64,000 bases of DNA from an uncultured delta proteobacterium (GTDB lineage: Bacteria; Desulfobacterota; Binatia; UBA9968), in NCBI GenBank assembly GCA_963804165.1, contig CAWDPO010000035.1:1-64000 (forward strand). The letters run 5' to 3'. The position numbers and the translations under genes were made by a program. Below, one piece after another: positions 31,917 to 41,736 of the stretch. Below the pieces are notes generated by a model, which worked only from the letters and a program-made list of their open reading frames with translations, searched no databases and was not told where the DNA came from. The first letter of the stretch is position 1; each line of letters begins with the position of its first letter.

Positions 31917-32294
31917 ATGCAACCGTCTCTTCTTTTCGTGGACGACGAACCAAACTTTTTGGTGCTGGTAGACCGAGTTCTTTCCAAAGAAGGCTATCGA
32001 ATAACTACCGCGCTCGATAGCCGCCAAGCACTTGTCTATGTCGATTGCGTAGACTTCTCCGTCGCTATTCTCGATATCAAAATGGCTCCGATTGATGGCA
32101 TTGAAGTCCTGGCGCGAATCAAAAAGCGCAGTCCATCGACGCGTGTCATTATGGTCACCGGATATCCAACGGAAGAGAATCGCGCCGAGTGCATCAAACT
32201 TGGCGCGGACGGTTACTTGACCAAACCCATTAATCTCTCAGAATTGATGACCCTGCTCCGTGATTTAATGCTTTCCGACACCCCGCCGAGTTAA
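31917..32294 (+). CDS. Single-domain response regulator
   Basis: FVDDE, ILDIKM, MVTG and YLTKP motifs. Confidence 0.88.
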   Translation: MQPSLLFVDDEPNFLVLVDRVLSKEGYRITTALDSRQALVYVDCVDFSVAILDIKMAPIDGIEVLARIKKRSPSTRVIMVTGYPTEENRAECIKLGADGYLTKPINLSELMTLLRDLMLSDTPPS

Positions 32295-32806
32295 ACGAGG
32301 AGGTTATCGTGTAGGGGGCAAATTTGATCCGGTCACCAATCGCTCGGTAGTGTCTCAGTTTGAATCAAAATCTGTGGGGGTTTTTACACGCCGCGAGTCT
32401 TTCGATAGTCGCTAGAGTTTTTTCTTCGAGCAGTTTCCATGTTTGCTGTTGCTCGGCAATCTCTTGCTTTGCGGTGCGTTCGCGGAGTCGTTGAAGGAGT
32501 AATCGTCGGTCGTTGATTCGTTCGGGGTCGAGCATCGTTCACCCATCAATAATGAGCAGTGGTCTCCGACTTGGACGAGTTTGGGGTTTGATTCAACTGC
32601 TGAATTATCCACAGCAGCAATTTTCTCTGGCACTCATATCGCCAAGTGCGGCGTCAATTCAAGGGGGATCAGATAGAGTATGGGATCAAACACTCATCGG
32701 CTACGATCCGGGCAAGCTCCAATCCAAATTATACGGCTTATAACGTGGCGAGTTTTTATTAACCGAGTGGCATCAAATCAGCGGTTTGTAGAGAAATATT
32801 TGTGAA

Positions 32807-33187
32807 TCATTTTTGTTGAAGACCTAACTCTTGTGCCGTGTCCTCATCAAGGGTCCCAGTCGCATTAAGTTGGTTTGACCGTTGAAACAACCTTATAGCC
32901 TCGCTCGTCCTTTCGTTCATCTTGCCGTCCACCGGCCCCGAGTAAATACCATCATCTTTCAAAGTTTGCTGCGCTTGGATTATCCGATCTGTACTCGGAT
33001 ATTTGTCGTAGCTCGATCTCAGGCGCTGGAGGATAATTGCTTCCATCAAGTCACCGACATCCGCAGTTCTTCCCGAGTGGACCGTTCCCGATCCGCTCGA
33101 CACGCTCCTTCTATCTTCGGAAACCAGTACGAACAAGGCACACAGGGCCGCGAGAATTGCTAGTAAATCACCGAATATGCTTCTCAT
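32807..33187 (-). CDS. Peptidoglycan-binding domain protein
   Basis: QQTLKDDGIYSGPVDG...T.EAIRLFQ...L.ATG.LD; N-terminal TM. Confidence 0.8.
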   Translation of the reverse strand: MRSIFGDLLAILAALCALFVLVSEDRRSVSSGSGTVHSGRTADVGDLMEAIILQRLRSSYDKYPSTDRIIQAQQTLKDDGIYSGPVDGKMNERTSEAIRLFQRSNQLNATGTLDEDTAQELGLQQK

Positions 33188-33604
33188 GACATGTCCGTGC
33201 GAGATTTGATTGGATTTCCGTCATGGCTATGAGCGGATGGTCGCGAAACTTCATAGCCATTTGCGCGTCTCCTCCTGCAAAAGAGAACCTGACACACAAA
33301 AGCGATCCGAGTCAGAACGTATCTCTAATATCACCCGGTAAACAGCTCCGATCAAGGCGTCCCTCAAGATTTCCATAATCGTCTTGCTGGACCGTGCTCG
33401 GTTGCGGGTCCCGCCTCAATTCCAGCGCTGTATTGCACGTCGACGGGGGACTTCTTGAACAGCGATGCGTAAACCGTGGAGGCTGCCAGGTACGTACCCA
33501 AGAGACTGGGGTGCCGCTTGTCGCTCCGTACAAATTCAACTCAGTTCGCTGTTTGATGGCCCGTGCGAAGGCTAGCCCTGCCGGGATTACAAGCGCGTTG
33601 TTCT

Positions 33605-33700
33605 GTCCGGCTGTCTCGCCAGCACGATTGTGGCGCGGCCCGGACGGTCGAAGGGCGTTCCATCTTCTTGGAAGCCGGTGCTCGTCCAGGGCGCAATCGC
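33605..33700. repeat. 96-bp copy of an internal segment of the SnoaL-like gene (39828..39923)
   Basis: GTCCGGCTGTCTCGCCAGCACGAT...GAAGGGCGTTCCATCTTCTTGGAAGCCGGT nearly identical at both sites. Confidence 0.9.
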
Positions 33701-33867
33701 TCTCGCCTCGGCTCTTTCATCCTAAACCACTTCTCCTGTTATCCTTTTCCCTCTCTCCTTACTCCAATAATCTTTCACTACGTAATGCCGGTTGAATCTC
33801 TATCGCGAAAGCAGGGCCACAGACCGGAGTTGACAACCCTCTCTCGGCCGGGGAGAATGCGCCCCGT

Positions 33868-34716
33868 GTGAGCGCAACTATCCTCCGCGTTGTCCTTGTC
33901 GTCTTTTCCTTTCTGGTCATTATCAGCCTTTGGGGTTTTTATTCTTCCATTCGCCCGCCGAAATTGGTTTCCTCACTCACCCCGCGCGATCTAAAGCTGG
34001 CTTACCAGGACGTGTCGTTCAGAACGGCAGACGGACTCACGCTTCGCGGTTGGCATATCCCATCCATTAAAACTACCGGGAAGACCCTGGTTCTGCTTCA
34101 TGGCTATCCCGCGGACAAGGGAGACATCTTGCCTGCCTTGGCGTTTCTGCATGAAGATTTCAACCTTCTATTGTTCGATTTTCGCTATCTGGGGAAAAGC
34201 GAGGGGAGCTATTCCACCGCCGGAGCCAAAGAGGTCGAGGATCTCCTGGCGGCCATTCAATTTCTCAAAACGAGAGGGGTAAAAGAAGTGGGCGTGTGGG
34301 GGTTCTCCATGGGTGGCGCCGTGGCTTTGATGGCGATCGAGAAGGCTCCCGAGATCAGAGCGGTCATTGCAGAATCGAGTTACGCCAGTCTCGCGCAAAT
34401 GGCGTTGCAGCTCTTTAGAATTCCCGTGCTCAATTATCCCATCGCCTATCTTGTCGGTTTGTGGGCCAAGCTTTTTCTTGGCATCGACCTAAGAGATGTC
34501 TCACCGGAAGAACGAGTCCGCAATAGCACGGTTCCCATTCTCTTAATCCATTCCTCGGCTGATGCCGTGATCCCCTTTTCCCATGCGCAATTATTGCAGG
34601 AAGCACTGGCAAAGAATTCCCGCGCTGAATTTTGGTTCAATGACGGTGGCGCTCACGGCCAGCTGGCTGCCGATTACCAGAGTAGGGTGAGAACTTTTTT
34701 TCACAAAAACTTGTAG
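33868..34716 (+). CDS. Alpha/beta hydrolase, membrane-anchored
   Basis: LLHGY, GFSMGG nucleophile elbow, D.VIP and GAH motifs. Confidence 0.88.
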   Translation: MSATILRVVLVVFSFLVIISLWGFYSSIRPPKLVSSLTPRDLKLAYQDVSFRTADGLTLRGWHIPSIKTTGKTLVLLHGYPADKGDILPALAFLHEDFNLLLFDFRYLGKSEGSYSTAGAKEVEDLLAAIQFLKTRGVKEVGVWGFSMGGAVALMAIEKAPEIRAVIAESSYASLAQMALQLFRIPVLNYPIAYLVGLWAKLFLGIDLRDVSPEERVRNSTVPILLIHSSADAVIPFSHAQLLQEALAKNSRAEFWFNDGGAHGQLAADYQSRVRTFFHKNL

Positions 34717-34851
34717 GAGCAGAAGGCTAAACCACTTCCGTGCCTAACTTGCACAAGTTGCCTATCTTGGACGCGCGCAGAGAATGAGCCGGACTCGGAA
34801 AAAATGGGGATCGAGCAAGTTTTGCAAGTCAGACAAGAGTTTTGGGTTCGT

Positions 34852-35904
34852 TTATCGGCTCAAATATTTTTTCATCAGGCCGTTGGTAAAGTCTTGAATC
34901 GCCGGCGACACAATCAAGAGTTGCCGCAGGATGGGGTCCGCTTCGTCGGCCAAGAGTATCTGCGCATCTTCGCCGCTGACTCTTTTCACTTCAGCCTTAA
35001 ATTCCGCACCTTCTCTCATGCGGGCGAAGCCGTCTCGCAAAACGCGCAGGATCTCCGCCGGCGTTTTCGGCGCCGCGTGAAACGGACGGCCCACGCTGTC
35101 TGATCCCGCCCAGATCGTATAGGCTTGCCACGGCGTCCCGCTTGGTCGTTGCTCCTTCGCGACATCGTCAAACACCGGCACATCGGGGAACTCGGACCTC
35201 CGTTGGAATGACCCGGCTGCGGTCAGCATGCCTTGCTGGACGAACGGGTGAAAACCCTCGCCGACGAGCTTGCGCAGCGTGGGCAAAGTGGCGGTGGGGT
35301 AGATGTCGGTTTCGTTTCTTTCGAAGGCGAGAAGAATCTCTCCTCCGCCGGGATAGCCTTGCACCCAGCGCACGTTCCATTTCAAAAACTCCGCTCCCCA
35401 TATAAAGATCGCGTTCCAGCTCTCGTCTCCCGATCGGACACCGACTTTGAGAGGTTCGCCGGCGCCGGTGAGGCGACTGAGACTTTGTTTCCGGATCAGA
35501 GCCACGGAAGTTCCACGGCGAACGCTGCCGATCACCGGCCAATTTCTGAGATCATGTTTGGCCTCTTTAACGCCCATCGCCTGCTGATTGATGCTGGTGG
35601 TGCTGGTGTAGTGAAGCGTCAAGCCGTCGGGCTTGGCAAATTGTTCGAACCAGTTGCTGGCGACCGTGCCGCCGGCCCCGGGCATGTTTTGCACGATGAT
35701 CGTCGGATTCCCCGGAATGCTAGCCGGTAAGAAGCGCGCCAGCATCCGAGACTCCGCGTCTACTCCACCGCCGCCGGGAAAACCCGCGATGATGCGAATC
35801 GTCTTGCCTTTGAAATAAGGTTCTTGGGCAGGCGAAAGATTTATGCCTAAAAGAAAAATAATCGAGAAGGCAATAACAATCCGAAAGCCTAGTTTCGTCG
35901 CCAT
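34852..35904 (-). CDS. Bug/TctC-like substrate-binding protein
   Basis: GFPGGGGVD, NMPGAGG, KPDGLTL and GYPGG motifs. Confidence 0.82.
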   Translation of the reverse strand: MATKLGFRIVIAFSIIFLLGINLSPAQEPYFKGKTIRIIAGFPGGGGVDAESRMLARFLPASIPGNPTIIVQNMPGAGGTVASNWFEQFAKPDGLTLHYTSTTSINQQAMGVKEAKHDLRNWPVIGSVRRGTSVALIRKQSLSRLTGAGEPLKVGVRSGDESWNAIFIWGAEFLKWNVRWVQGYPGGGEILLAFERNETDIYPTATLPTLRKLVGEGFHPFVQQGMLTAAGSFQRRSEFPDVPVFDDVAKEQRPSGTPWQAYTIWAGSDSVGRPFHAAPKTPAEILRVLRDGFARMREGAEFKAEVKRVSGEDAQILLADEADPILRQLLIVSPAIQDFTNGLMKKYLSR

Positions 35905-35910
35905 AAATAA

Positions 35911-36016
35911 TTTCTCCTCGAATGTTCGGTAAAGGCCGAAACTCTAATTTTCATTGACTAATCCTTTACACCGGATGGAGGTTCGGAGTCCGTTACCCAA
36001 TGGCGCGTGATTCTAG
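35911..36016. repeat. About 105-bp degenerate direct repeat, second copy at 37433..37536
   Basis: TTTCTCC..GAATGTTyGGTAAAG.CCGAAA.TCTA ... ATGGCGCGTGATTCTAG present in both. Confidence 0.8.
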
Positions 36017-36052
36017 ATCAAGGATTGACAATTGTGCTTACCCGGCGACGTT

Positions 36053-37309
36053 TTATTTTTCCATCGCCGCCAGCATCGCGTCTTTTTCAGCGCGTATTCT
36101 GGGGTGATAACAGTCGACCGGCTGCGTGCCGATGAGTCCGACACAGGCGTTGCAATCCACGCACCGCGGTCCCGAGGTTCCATCGTGCAAGTGGCGATAC
36201 AGCAGCGGATCGGCGATAAACCCGCGGCCGACGGAAACCGCGTCGCACAGACTTTGTTCGATGGCGGCCTGCATTGCTTTCCGGCTAAGAAACCCACCGA
36301 CGCAAATGACCGGAATGGATAACGCTTGTTTGAATTGGCGCGCGTAGTGAAGATTGAAACCTTCGCGACGTTTAAAGAGGAGGTTGAAAAGAAGCGCCAT
36401 CAACGGCCAGAACAAATTGAAAGCAATCCTGCGCCACAGCGCCAGATGGCGCACGCCCCCCGACGCCATATGGCTCAAACAGCGACCGAAGGTTCCACGT
36501 ACCATCGGAAAGCCGGACTCGTACTGGCCGACGGACACCTCGACAGCATCGATGCCTTCCTGCTCCATCGCCTTCGCGATCTTAACCAGCTCGGGCGTTT
36601 TTAAGCCGGGCCGCAGCGGCAGGTAATCGGACCCGTTGAGCTTGATGATCACCGGGTAGTCCTTACCGACACGCGCGCGCATCGCGCGATATAGATCGCG
36701 CAAGAATCGCATGCGCTTCTCGAACGAGCCCCCGTAGTCGTCGGTGCGTTTGTTGGTGTACGGCGTGAGAAACTGATTGACTAGATAGCCGTGTCCGGCG
36801 TGAATCTGCACGCCGTCGAAGCCGGCCTCCTTGCAGCGGGCAGCGGCGTCAGCGAACTGTTGCACGATGCGTTCGATTTCCGCCACGGTCAACGCACGCG
36901 GTCGCGTGCCGGTCGACAAGTCTTTGACGCTCGACGCGGACAATGCCTCGGGTAATCCGGCGAAGCTAGGAATAACCTGGCGTCCACAATGATTCAGCTG
37001 CGCGAAGATCTTGGTGCCGTGCACATGCATTGACTCGACCAGCTGCTTGAGCGCCGGAATTTTACTGTCGTCATCTACGCCCATTTGTAATGGCGTGGAT
37101 TTGCCGTCAAGACTGGGGTAGACATTCCCGGTAATGATGAGTGGCACGCCGCCTTTGGCCATCGGCAGGTAGAAGTCAATATGTTGCTGCGTGGCAAAGC
37201 CATCCGACGTGGCGCGCGTTTCCGAGGTCGCGGTCTTAATGATCCGTCCAGTAATGGAGAGCTTGCCGATGGCGAGGGGTGTAAAAAGAATGCTTTCGTT
37301 CGGTGACAT
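36053..37309 (-). CDS. NADH:flavin oxidoreductase (Old Yellow Enzyme family)
   Basis: QLNHCGRQ, AGFDGVQIHAGHGYLVNQFL, NKRTDDYGGS, GR..IADP and C-terminal CVDCNAC. Confidence 0.92.
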   Translation of the reverse strand: MSPNESILFTPLAIGKLSITGRIIKTATSETRATSDGFATQQHIDFYLPMAKGGVPLIITGNVYPSLDGKSTPLQMGVDDDSKIPALKQLVESMHVHGTKIFAQLNHCGRQVIPSFAGLPEALSASSVKDLSTGTRPRALTVAEIERIVQQFADAAARCKEAGFDGVQIHAGHGYLVNQFLTPYTNKRTDDYGGSFEKRMRFLRDLYRAMRARVGKDYPVIIKLNGSDYLPLRPGLKTPELVKIAKAMEQEGIDAVEVSVGQYESGFPMVRGTFGRCLSHMASGGVRHLALWRRIAFNLFWPLMALLFNLLFKRREGFNLHYARQFKQALSIPVICVGGFLSRKAMQAAIEQSLCDAVSVGRGFIADPLLYRHLHDGTSGPRCVDCNACVGLIGTQPVDCYHPRIRAEKDAMLAAMEK

Positions 37310-38030
37310 AGCGGACCTCCGTAGTATCGCAAGCCAGCGATTAAGCTTACATCAGCCCGGGCTGTACGCGCCATACAGCCATCTACCTCGTACGAAGCTC
37401 ATCTGACAAGAAAAAAGCAATGTCCCCTTTGATTTCTCCGAATGTTTGGTAAAGTCCGAAATTCTATTCTCCAAAGACCAATCTTTAACGTCGGATGAAG
37501 GTCCACCAGTCCGTGACCGATGGCGCGTGATTCTAGTGAATCGTTGGTTGCTGAGTCAAATCCCTTTTTCCGTAAATCGGAAGGTTTCCCTGCCGACTTC
37601 CGTGGCTCACTCGCCGAACTCGGAGGCGCCGAGAGAATGAGCGCGCAAGTTTCGTAAGTCTAGACACGGTCACCACGGTCACGAGTTCCACGGTCATGAT
37701 TACCTGTTGTCCTAGACTTCAAGACTTGTGCCGATTCTCTGAGCGGGACGAGGAGGAATTGGGGAGCGAGTAGGGCTGTATTTCAATACGGTCGGCAACG
37801 CGGTTATGCGCGCGGTGGGAGAATCCGACGCGCTTGATGACGCAGTGGCTGAAAGACCGAAAAAGTGAATTTAAGAATCAAGAGGACTGCCCCCGAACCT
37901 TTCGAACCTTTACCCTCGCAATTTGCTTCCGAGACCGCTCAGGCCCAATAATTCACTCAGGATTTGACCGCGATATAGAACGGTGAGACCTGCGTTTTTT
38001 AGCACAAGCCCGCCCGCTCGTCTTTACGAG

Positions 38031-38216
38031 CTACTTGTTGTTCGGCGGGAGCTTGTCGCTTTCCCCAAGGTTTTTCTTAGCAATGCATTCGCCGCACATT
38101 TCATGAGTACGAGGAAAATCTAATAACGTAACGTAATCTTGCTCTGGCCAATAAGAGCAATTCCTGCAGAAATGCCAGGTCTGCGCCCCGATTTTCCTTC
38201 TGTATTCTGCCGCCAT
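38031..38216 (-). CDS. Small Cys-rich hypothetical protein (two CxxC)
   Basis: GAGGAGG RBS; TWHFCRNC.YWP...MCGEC. Confidence 0.6.
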   Translation of the reverse strand: MAAEYRRKIGAQTWHFCRNCSYWPEQDYVTLLDFPRTHEMCGECIAKKNLGESDKLPPNNK

Positions 38217-38703
38217 CTGCGGCCTCCTCAGGTAAGACTTCTAATCGACCTGCATGCGCTTTCCCTCTGCCATTCGCTTGGTGAATGCTGACGCTTCCCT
38301 TACCGAAAGACTCAACCGGCTTGTTTTGGTGTTTCGTCTTGGGCCGCCTACTCCGATCAGGCGCACATACGTTCGCCAGCCCCCTACCAATCGGATCACC
38401 GTCTACGACACGTGGCACATATTCGGAATCCGTAAATGTTACAGCGCCGTCGCATGGATTAGAAATGTAGAGCTGCTAGCAGCGTGGCTAAGGCGACGCT
38501 GGACAGCACCCATTTCCAAGAGAAACGACGGCGTCGGGTTCGACTGCGAAAACTCCTGCCGCATGTTCCGCTAGACCACGTCAACCCGTGGTATTTCTTA
38601 TTCGCGAATTGCCCACCAGTGGAGTGCGTAGACTTTAGGAGGGGAGGTGCTTTACGTGAAGGATCAATGTTGCGCACGTGAATATGGCGACCGAGCTGCG
38701 GAC

Positions 38704-38958
38704 TCACCGCAACGTTGGTATCAACTCAGCTTTTGGCTCATTTTCCAACGTGTCAAACTGCTCTTTCGGAATACGAGCGGCTAAAAGGACATGGCGTAAT
38801 TTGTCGGGCCAGGCGTTGTCCTGAAGGACGGACTTGGCGCGCTGTTTTATGATCATAGCAAGCGTAACACAGAGCGACATCGACGATGCGCTCTCAGTCC
38901 GTTTAGGATAGTGCCGCGCCCAAATCATTCCAATATCCTCGTTCTCTAATCGATCCAT
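38704..38958 (-). CDS. Small hypothetical protein
   Basis: 84-aa ORF with AAAGG RBS; no family recognised. Confidence 0.4.
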   Translation of the reverse strand: MDRLENEDIGMIWARHYPKRTESASSMSLCVTLAMIIKQRAKSVLQDNAWPDKLRHVLLAARIPKEQFDTLENEPKAELIPTLR

Positions 38959-39737
38959 TTCGCGCCTTTCCGATGCTTAATCGTGTAGCGAATTCGTGCC
39001 TTGGATGGCTCTTCGTGTATCAATGCCAGTGTCCAACCTGCTTCATACATTCTTGAATGGCGTGCGTGATGCTGGTTGTTAGTTGAATTTTGAGGCGTCT
39101 ACACCTAGATACGTATCCGGTCGCAAGCGGCGCTGCAGGTACGTATTTTTCGGCCAATCCCACCTTCGCCGTGGAAGAGCTTCACCGTTGTAAGTCGCGC
39201 CGTTTACTTTGCTCTGCAAGAATACCACCTGCCAGTAACTGGGTTTATGTAGATTTACATCGATGGACTTCATTTTCGCTCTCCCTACTGTCCACTTTTT
39301 CTAGACATGAATCGATAAGCCAAAGGTTGGAGCAAGGCCTGTACCAATGTTAACGATTCTTCGAATGAGGGGAATTTTGTCATGTCGTGAAAAATCCTGG
39401 CCGCTTAAGACCATTTTGAGCGGACGAGCCAAGCCAGGATATGAGAGGGTTTTTCCTACCGTGGAGCAGAATGTGTGAGGCGAAAGCCGACAGTCTTGAT
39501 TGATTACTATTTCAGCGGAGGTAGAACTTAGTCGCCATGGTGGTAATCTGGTTAATCGAAATCAAGCGCACAGCGATGACGCGGGTATACGCACGGCAAG
39601 ACCCGTTGCTCCTTTCTGAGATCCGAGTCTAACTTCTTAGTTTGGGCGCAAAGAGTATATATGAAGCTACGCGATCATCCGCTGTTGACCCGCAACAGCG
39701 GCACACGGCATCTTACGGTCCTTCGAAACTTGCTCAC

Positions 39738-40202
39738 CTACTGCGCCTTCACCTCGCGTGTCCCATGGCTATCCTGCGGTACGCCGCGCGCCAATGACAT
39801 GTGCGAATGAACGCCGAGCCAGCGCCCGTCCGGCTGTCTCGCCAGCACGATCGTGGCGCGGCCCGGACGGTCGAAGGGCGTTCCATCTTCTTGGAAGCCG
39901 GTACTCGTCCAGGGCGCGATCGCGACCGCCATAGCGCTGTCCGGCGAGGCCATGACCATGGTGTTCGCCAGGTCGAAGCGGAACTCCGCCGTGCGCGGCC
40001 AGACATTGTCCCATTGCCGTTCGGTCCATGCCGATAGGCTCTTCACAAGTTCCTGGTAAGTGCCGAAGATGACGATGTCGGTGTGCCAGAACGGACGCGC
40101 CGCCGCATAGTCGACCTCGCGCACGCAAGCGGCGAAGCGGTCGAGCCAATCGCGCACCTCCGCCGCGGTCGCGGCATCGGCTTCCGGTAGGGCCAGGTTC
40201 AT
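39738..40202 (-). CDS. SnoaL-like / NTF2-fold protein
   Basis: GAGG RBS; GRATIVL...W..VHSHMS C-terminal motif. Confidence 0.8.
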   Translation of the reverse strand: MNLALPEADAATAAEVRDWLDRFAACVREVDYAAARPFWHTDIVIFGTYQELVKSLSAWTERQWDNVWPRTAEFRFDLANTMVMASPDSAMAVAIAPWTSTGFQEDGTPFDRPGRATIVLARQPDGRWLGVHSHMSLARGVPQDSHGTREVKAQ

Positions 40203-40291
40203 TTTGCACCTCTCGTCATCTTGCCTGCTGTCCTTTCGGACCTCGCAGTATCCGCCTCAAAAAAAAAGCGTGACGAAAAGATTAGATCGCT

Positions 40292-41356
40292 TCAACGCGG
40301 TGGCATTGGGCGGGGATCGGCGAGGTGCTTGTATAGCGCAATCGTTTCGGGATCACGCGGTAGATCTTTTATGGCCGCCTCGATTGCTTCCGCCGGTATC
40401 GGCGAGGGATCGACGCCCGTGAGCTTTTTGAATTCTTTGGCGAAGCCGGGATCTTTGAACGATTTTGCCATAGCGTCGCGCAGAATGCTGACCAGCTCTT
40501 TCGGCGTGCCGGGCGCCAAGATATAGGGCCAGCGCGGATAGTCGAATGCCCTATACAAGTTCAGCAACCGATGGTCCATCTCGCTCTTGGCAAAGCTATC
40601 GATCTCGGGAGTCGCGCGGGAATAGGGTGGAATGTATCGGCCTTTGGGCACGGTAATGATCGTGTGAAAGTGCACCTTTTCCGCAAGGGATGGATTCTGT
40701 TGCATGGTGGCGCTCGACATGGAGCCGCCGTCCACCTCACCTTGGAGCAGCGCCACGTCTCGCTCCGCAGATGAATAGCCGACGACGAATTTGGGCTCTT
40801 TCAACCCCAACAAATAAGCGGCGAGCCGCCCGTTGATGTAGGTGATATGTCCCACCGAATTGGCGCCGATCCGAAGCCCCGTCGCCGCCCGCAGTTTCTC
40901 CACGCTATCGAGCCCCGCTTCTTTCCGGGTGACGAACGCGGTGGGACTGCCGCTTTCCGTGGAGCCAAGATAAATGAGCTTGTCCAGATCGTAGTTAGTC
41001 CCGGCCAAGCCGAGGATCGGCCCGCTGACCAGCACGTTGCCGACCGCGCAGATCGTGAGGCCATCCGGTTTAGCTCCGGAGTAAATGTAATTGATTGCCG
41101 TTCTGCCGGCGGCGCCCTGCTTATGCTCGATGATGACTGTGGGTTCGCCTGGGATATATTTTTTCAAGTACGGAATCAGGGCGCGCGCCTGTAAATCACC
41201 GTAGCCGCCCGGCGTTCCACCGCGGAGAATCGTCAGGGTCTTCCCTTGATAATAAGCAGTCTGCGCCCAGGATAAACCCGGTACGGCGCAAGCATAAATC
41301 GACCAAAGAGCGACAAAAGCACGCAGCCAGCGAAAATTATTCTTTGTTGGTTTCAT
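40292..41356 (-). CDS. Bug/TctC-like substrate-binding protein
   Basis: YYQGKT, GGTPGGYGD, GAAGR and KPDGLTI motifs; start uncertain. Confidence 0.8.
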   Translation of the reverse strand: MKPTKNNFRWLRAFVALWSIYACAVPGLSWAQTAYYQGKTLTILRGGTPGGYGDLQARALIPYLKKYIPGEPTVIIEHKQGAAGRTAINYIYSGAKPDGLTICAVGNVLVSGPILGLAGTNYDLDKLIYLGSTESGSPTAFVTRKEAGLDSVEKLRAATGLRIGANSVGHITYINGRLAAYLLGLKEPKFVVGYSSAERDVALLQGEVDGGSMSSATMQQNPSLAEKVHFHTIITVPKGRYIPPYSRATPEIDSFAKSEMDHRLLNLYRAFDYPRWPYILAPGTPKELVSILRDAMAKSFKDPGFAKEFKKLTGVDPSPIPAEAIEAAIKDLPRDPETIALYKHLADPRPMPPR

Positions 41357-41515
41357 CTTTGGGCGGAATGTCGAAGAACAAGTCGAATCTTTCGTCGACT
41401 CTCTTCGGGACATCACCATATGCTTCTCAAAAGAATCGTGCGACGAAAAATTTAGTCTCAGACGTTTTATTATTTATTTCTCTTGCCTCGTACTCCTACT
41501 ATTTTCAGACCGGAG

Positions 41516-41602
41516 CTAATTCGCTCTATCCGGCCGCACGCCCATGTGGGAAAGCACGCGCAATAGAGTATCGGAGCCGGTGAGTCCTTCGGTTTCTATC
41601 AT
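41516..41602 (-). pseudogene. N-terminal stub resembling a thiamine-diphosphate-dependent enzyme
   Basis: AAGGAG RBS then MIETEGLTGSDTLLRVLSHMGV, like the TG.D.L...L...GV start of TPP enzymes; stops after 28 aa. Confidence 0.45.
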
Positions 41603-41639
41603 GTCGGTCTCCTTCTAAACGGATCCCTCCGAACCGTTG

Positions 41640-41729
41640 GTTCAAGGTTCAATGTTCAAAGTGTTCGGATCTTCAATGAACTGCGTAACCTCGATCCCAA
41701 CCTTGAACTTTGAACGTTGAACCTTGAAC
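41640..41729. repeat. 7-bp-period palindromic element (GTTCAAN)n...(NTTGAAC)n
   Basis: GTTCAAGGTTCAATGTTCAAA / CCTTGAACTTTGAACGTTGAACCTTGAAC; same family at 63798-63898. Confidence 0.75.
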
Positions 41730-41736
41730 AAGTGAA

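Noticed and set aside
37533-37697. Minus-strand 54-aa ORF starting MTVELVTVVTV (three CACGGTCA repeats), resembling an attenuator leader peptide
   Set aside because: No terminator/antiterminator is evident and no amino-acid biosynthesis gene lies downstream.
39661-39740. Short ORF start MKLRDHPLLTRNSG
   Set aside because: It runs into the antisense of the SnoaL-like gene; possibly a stub, but it cannot be assigned.
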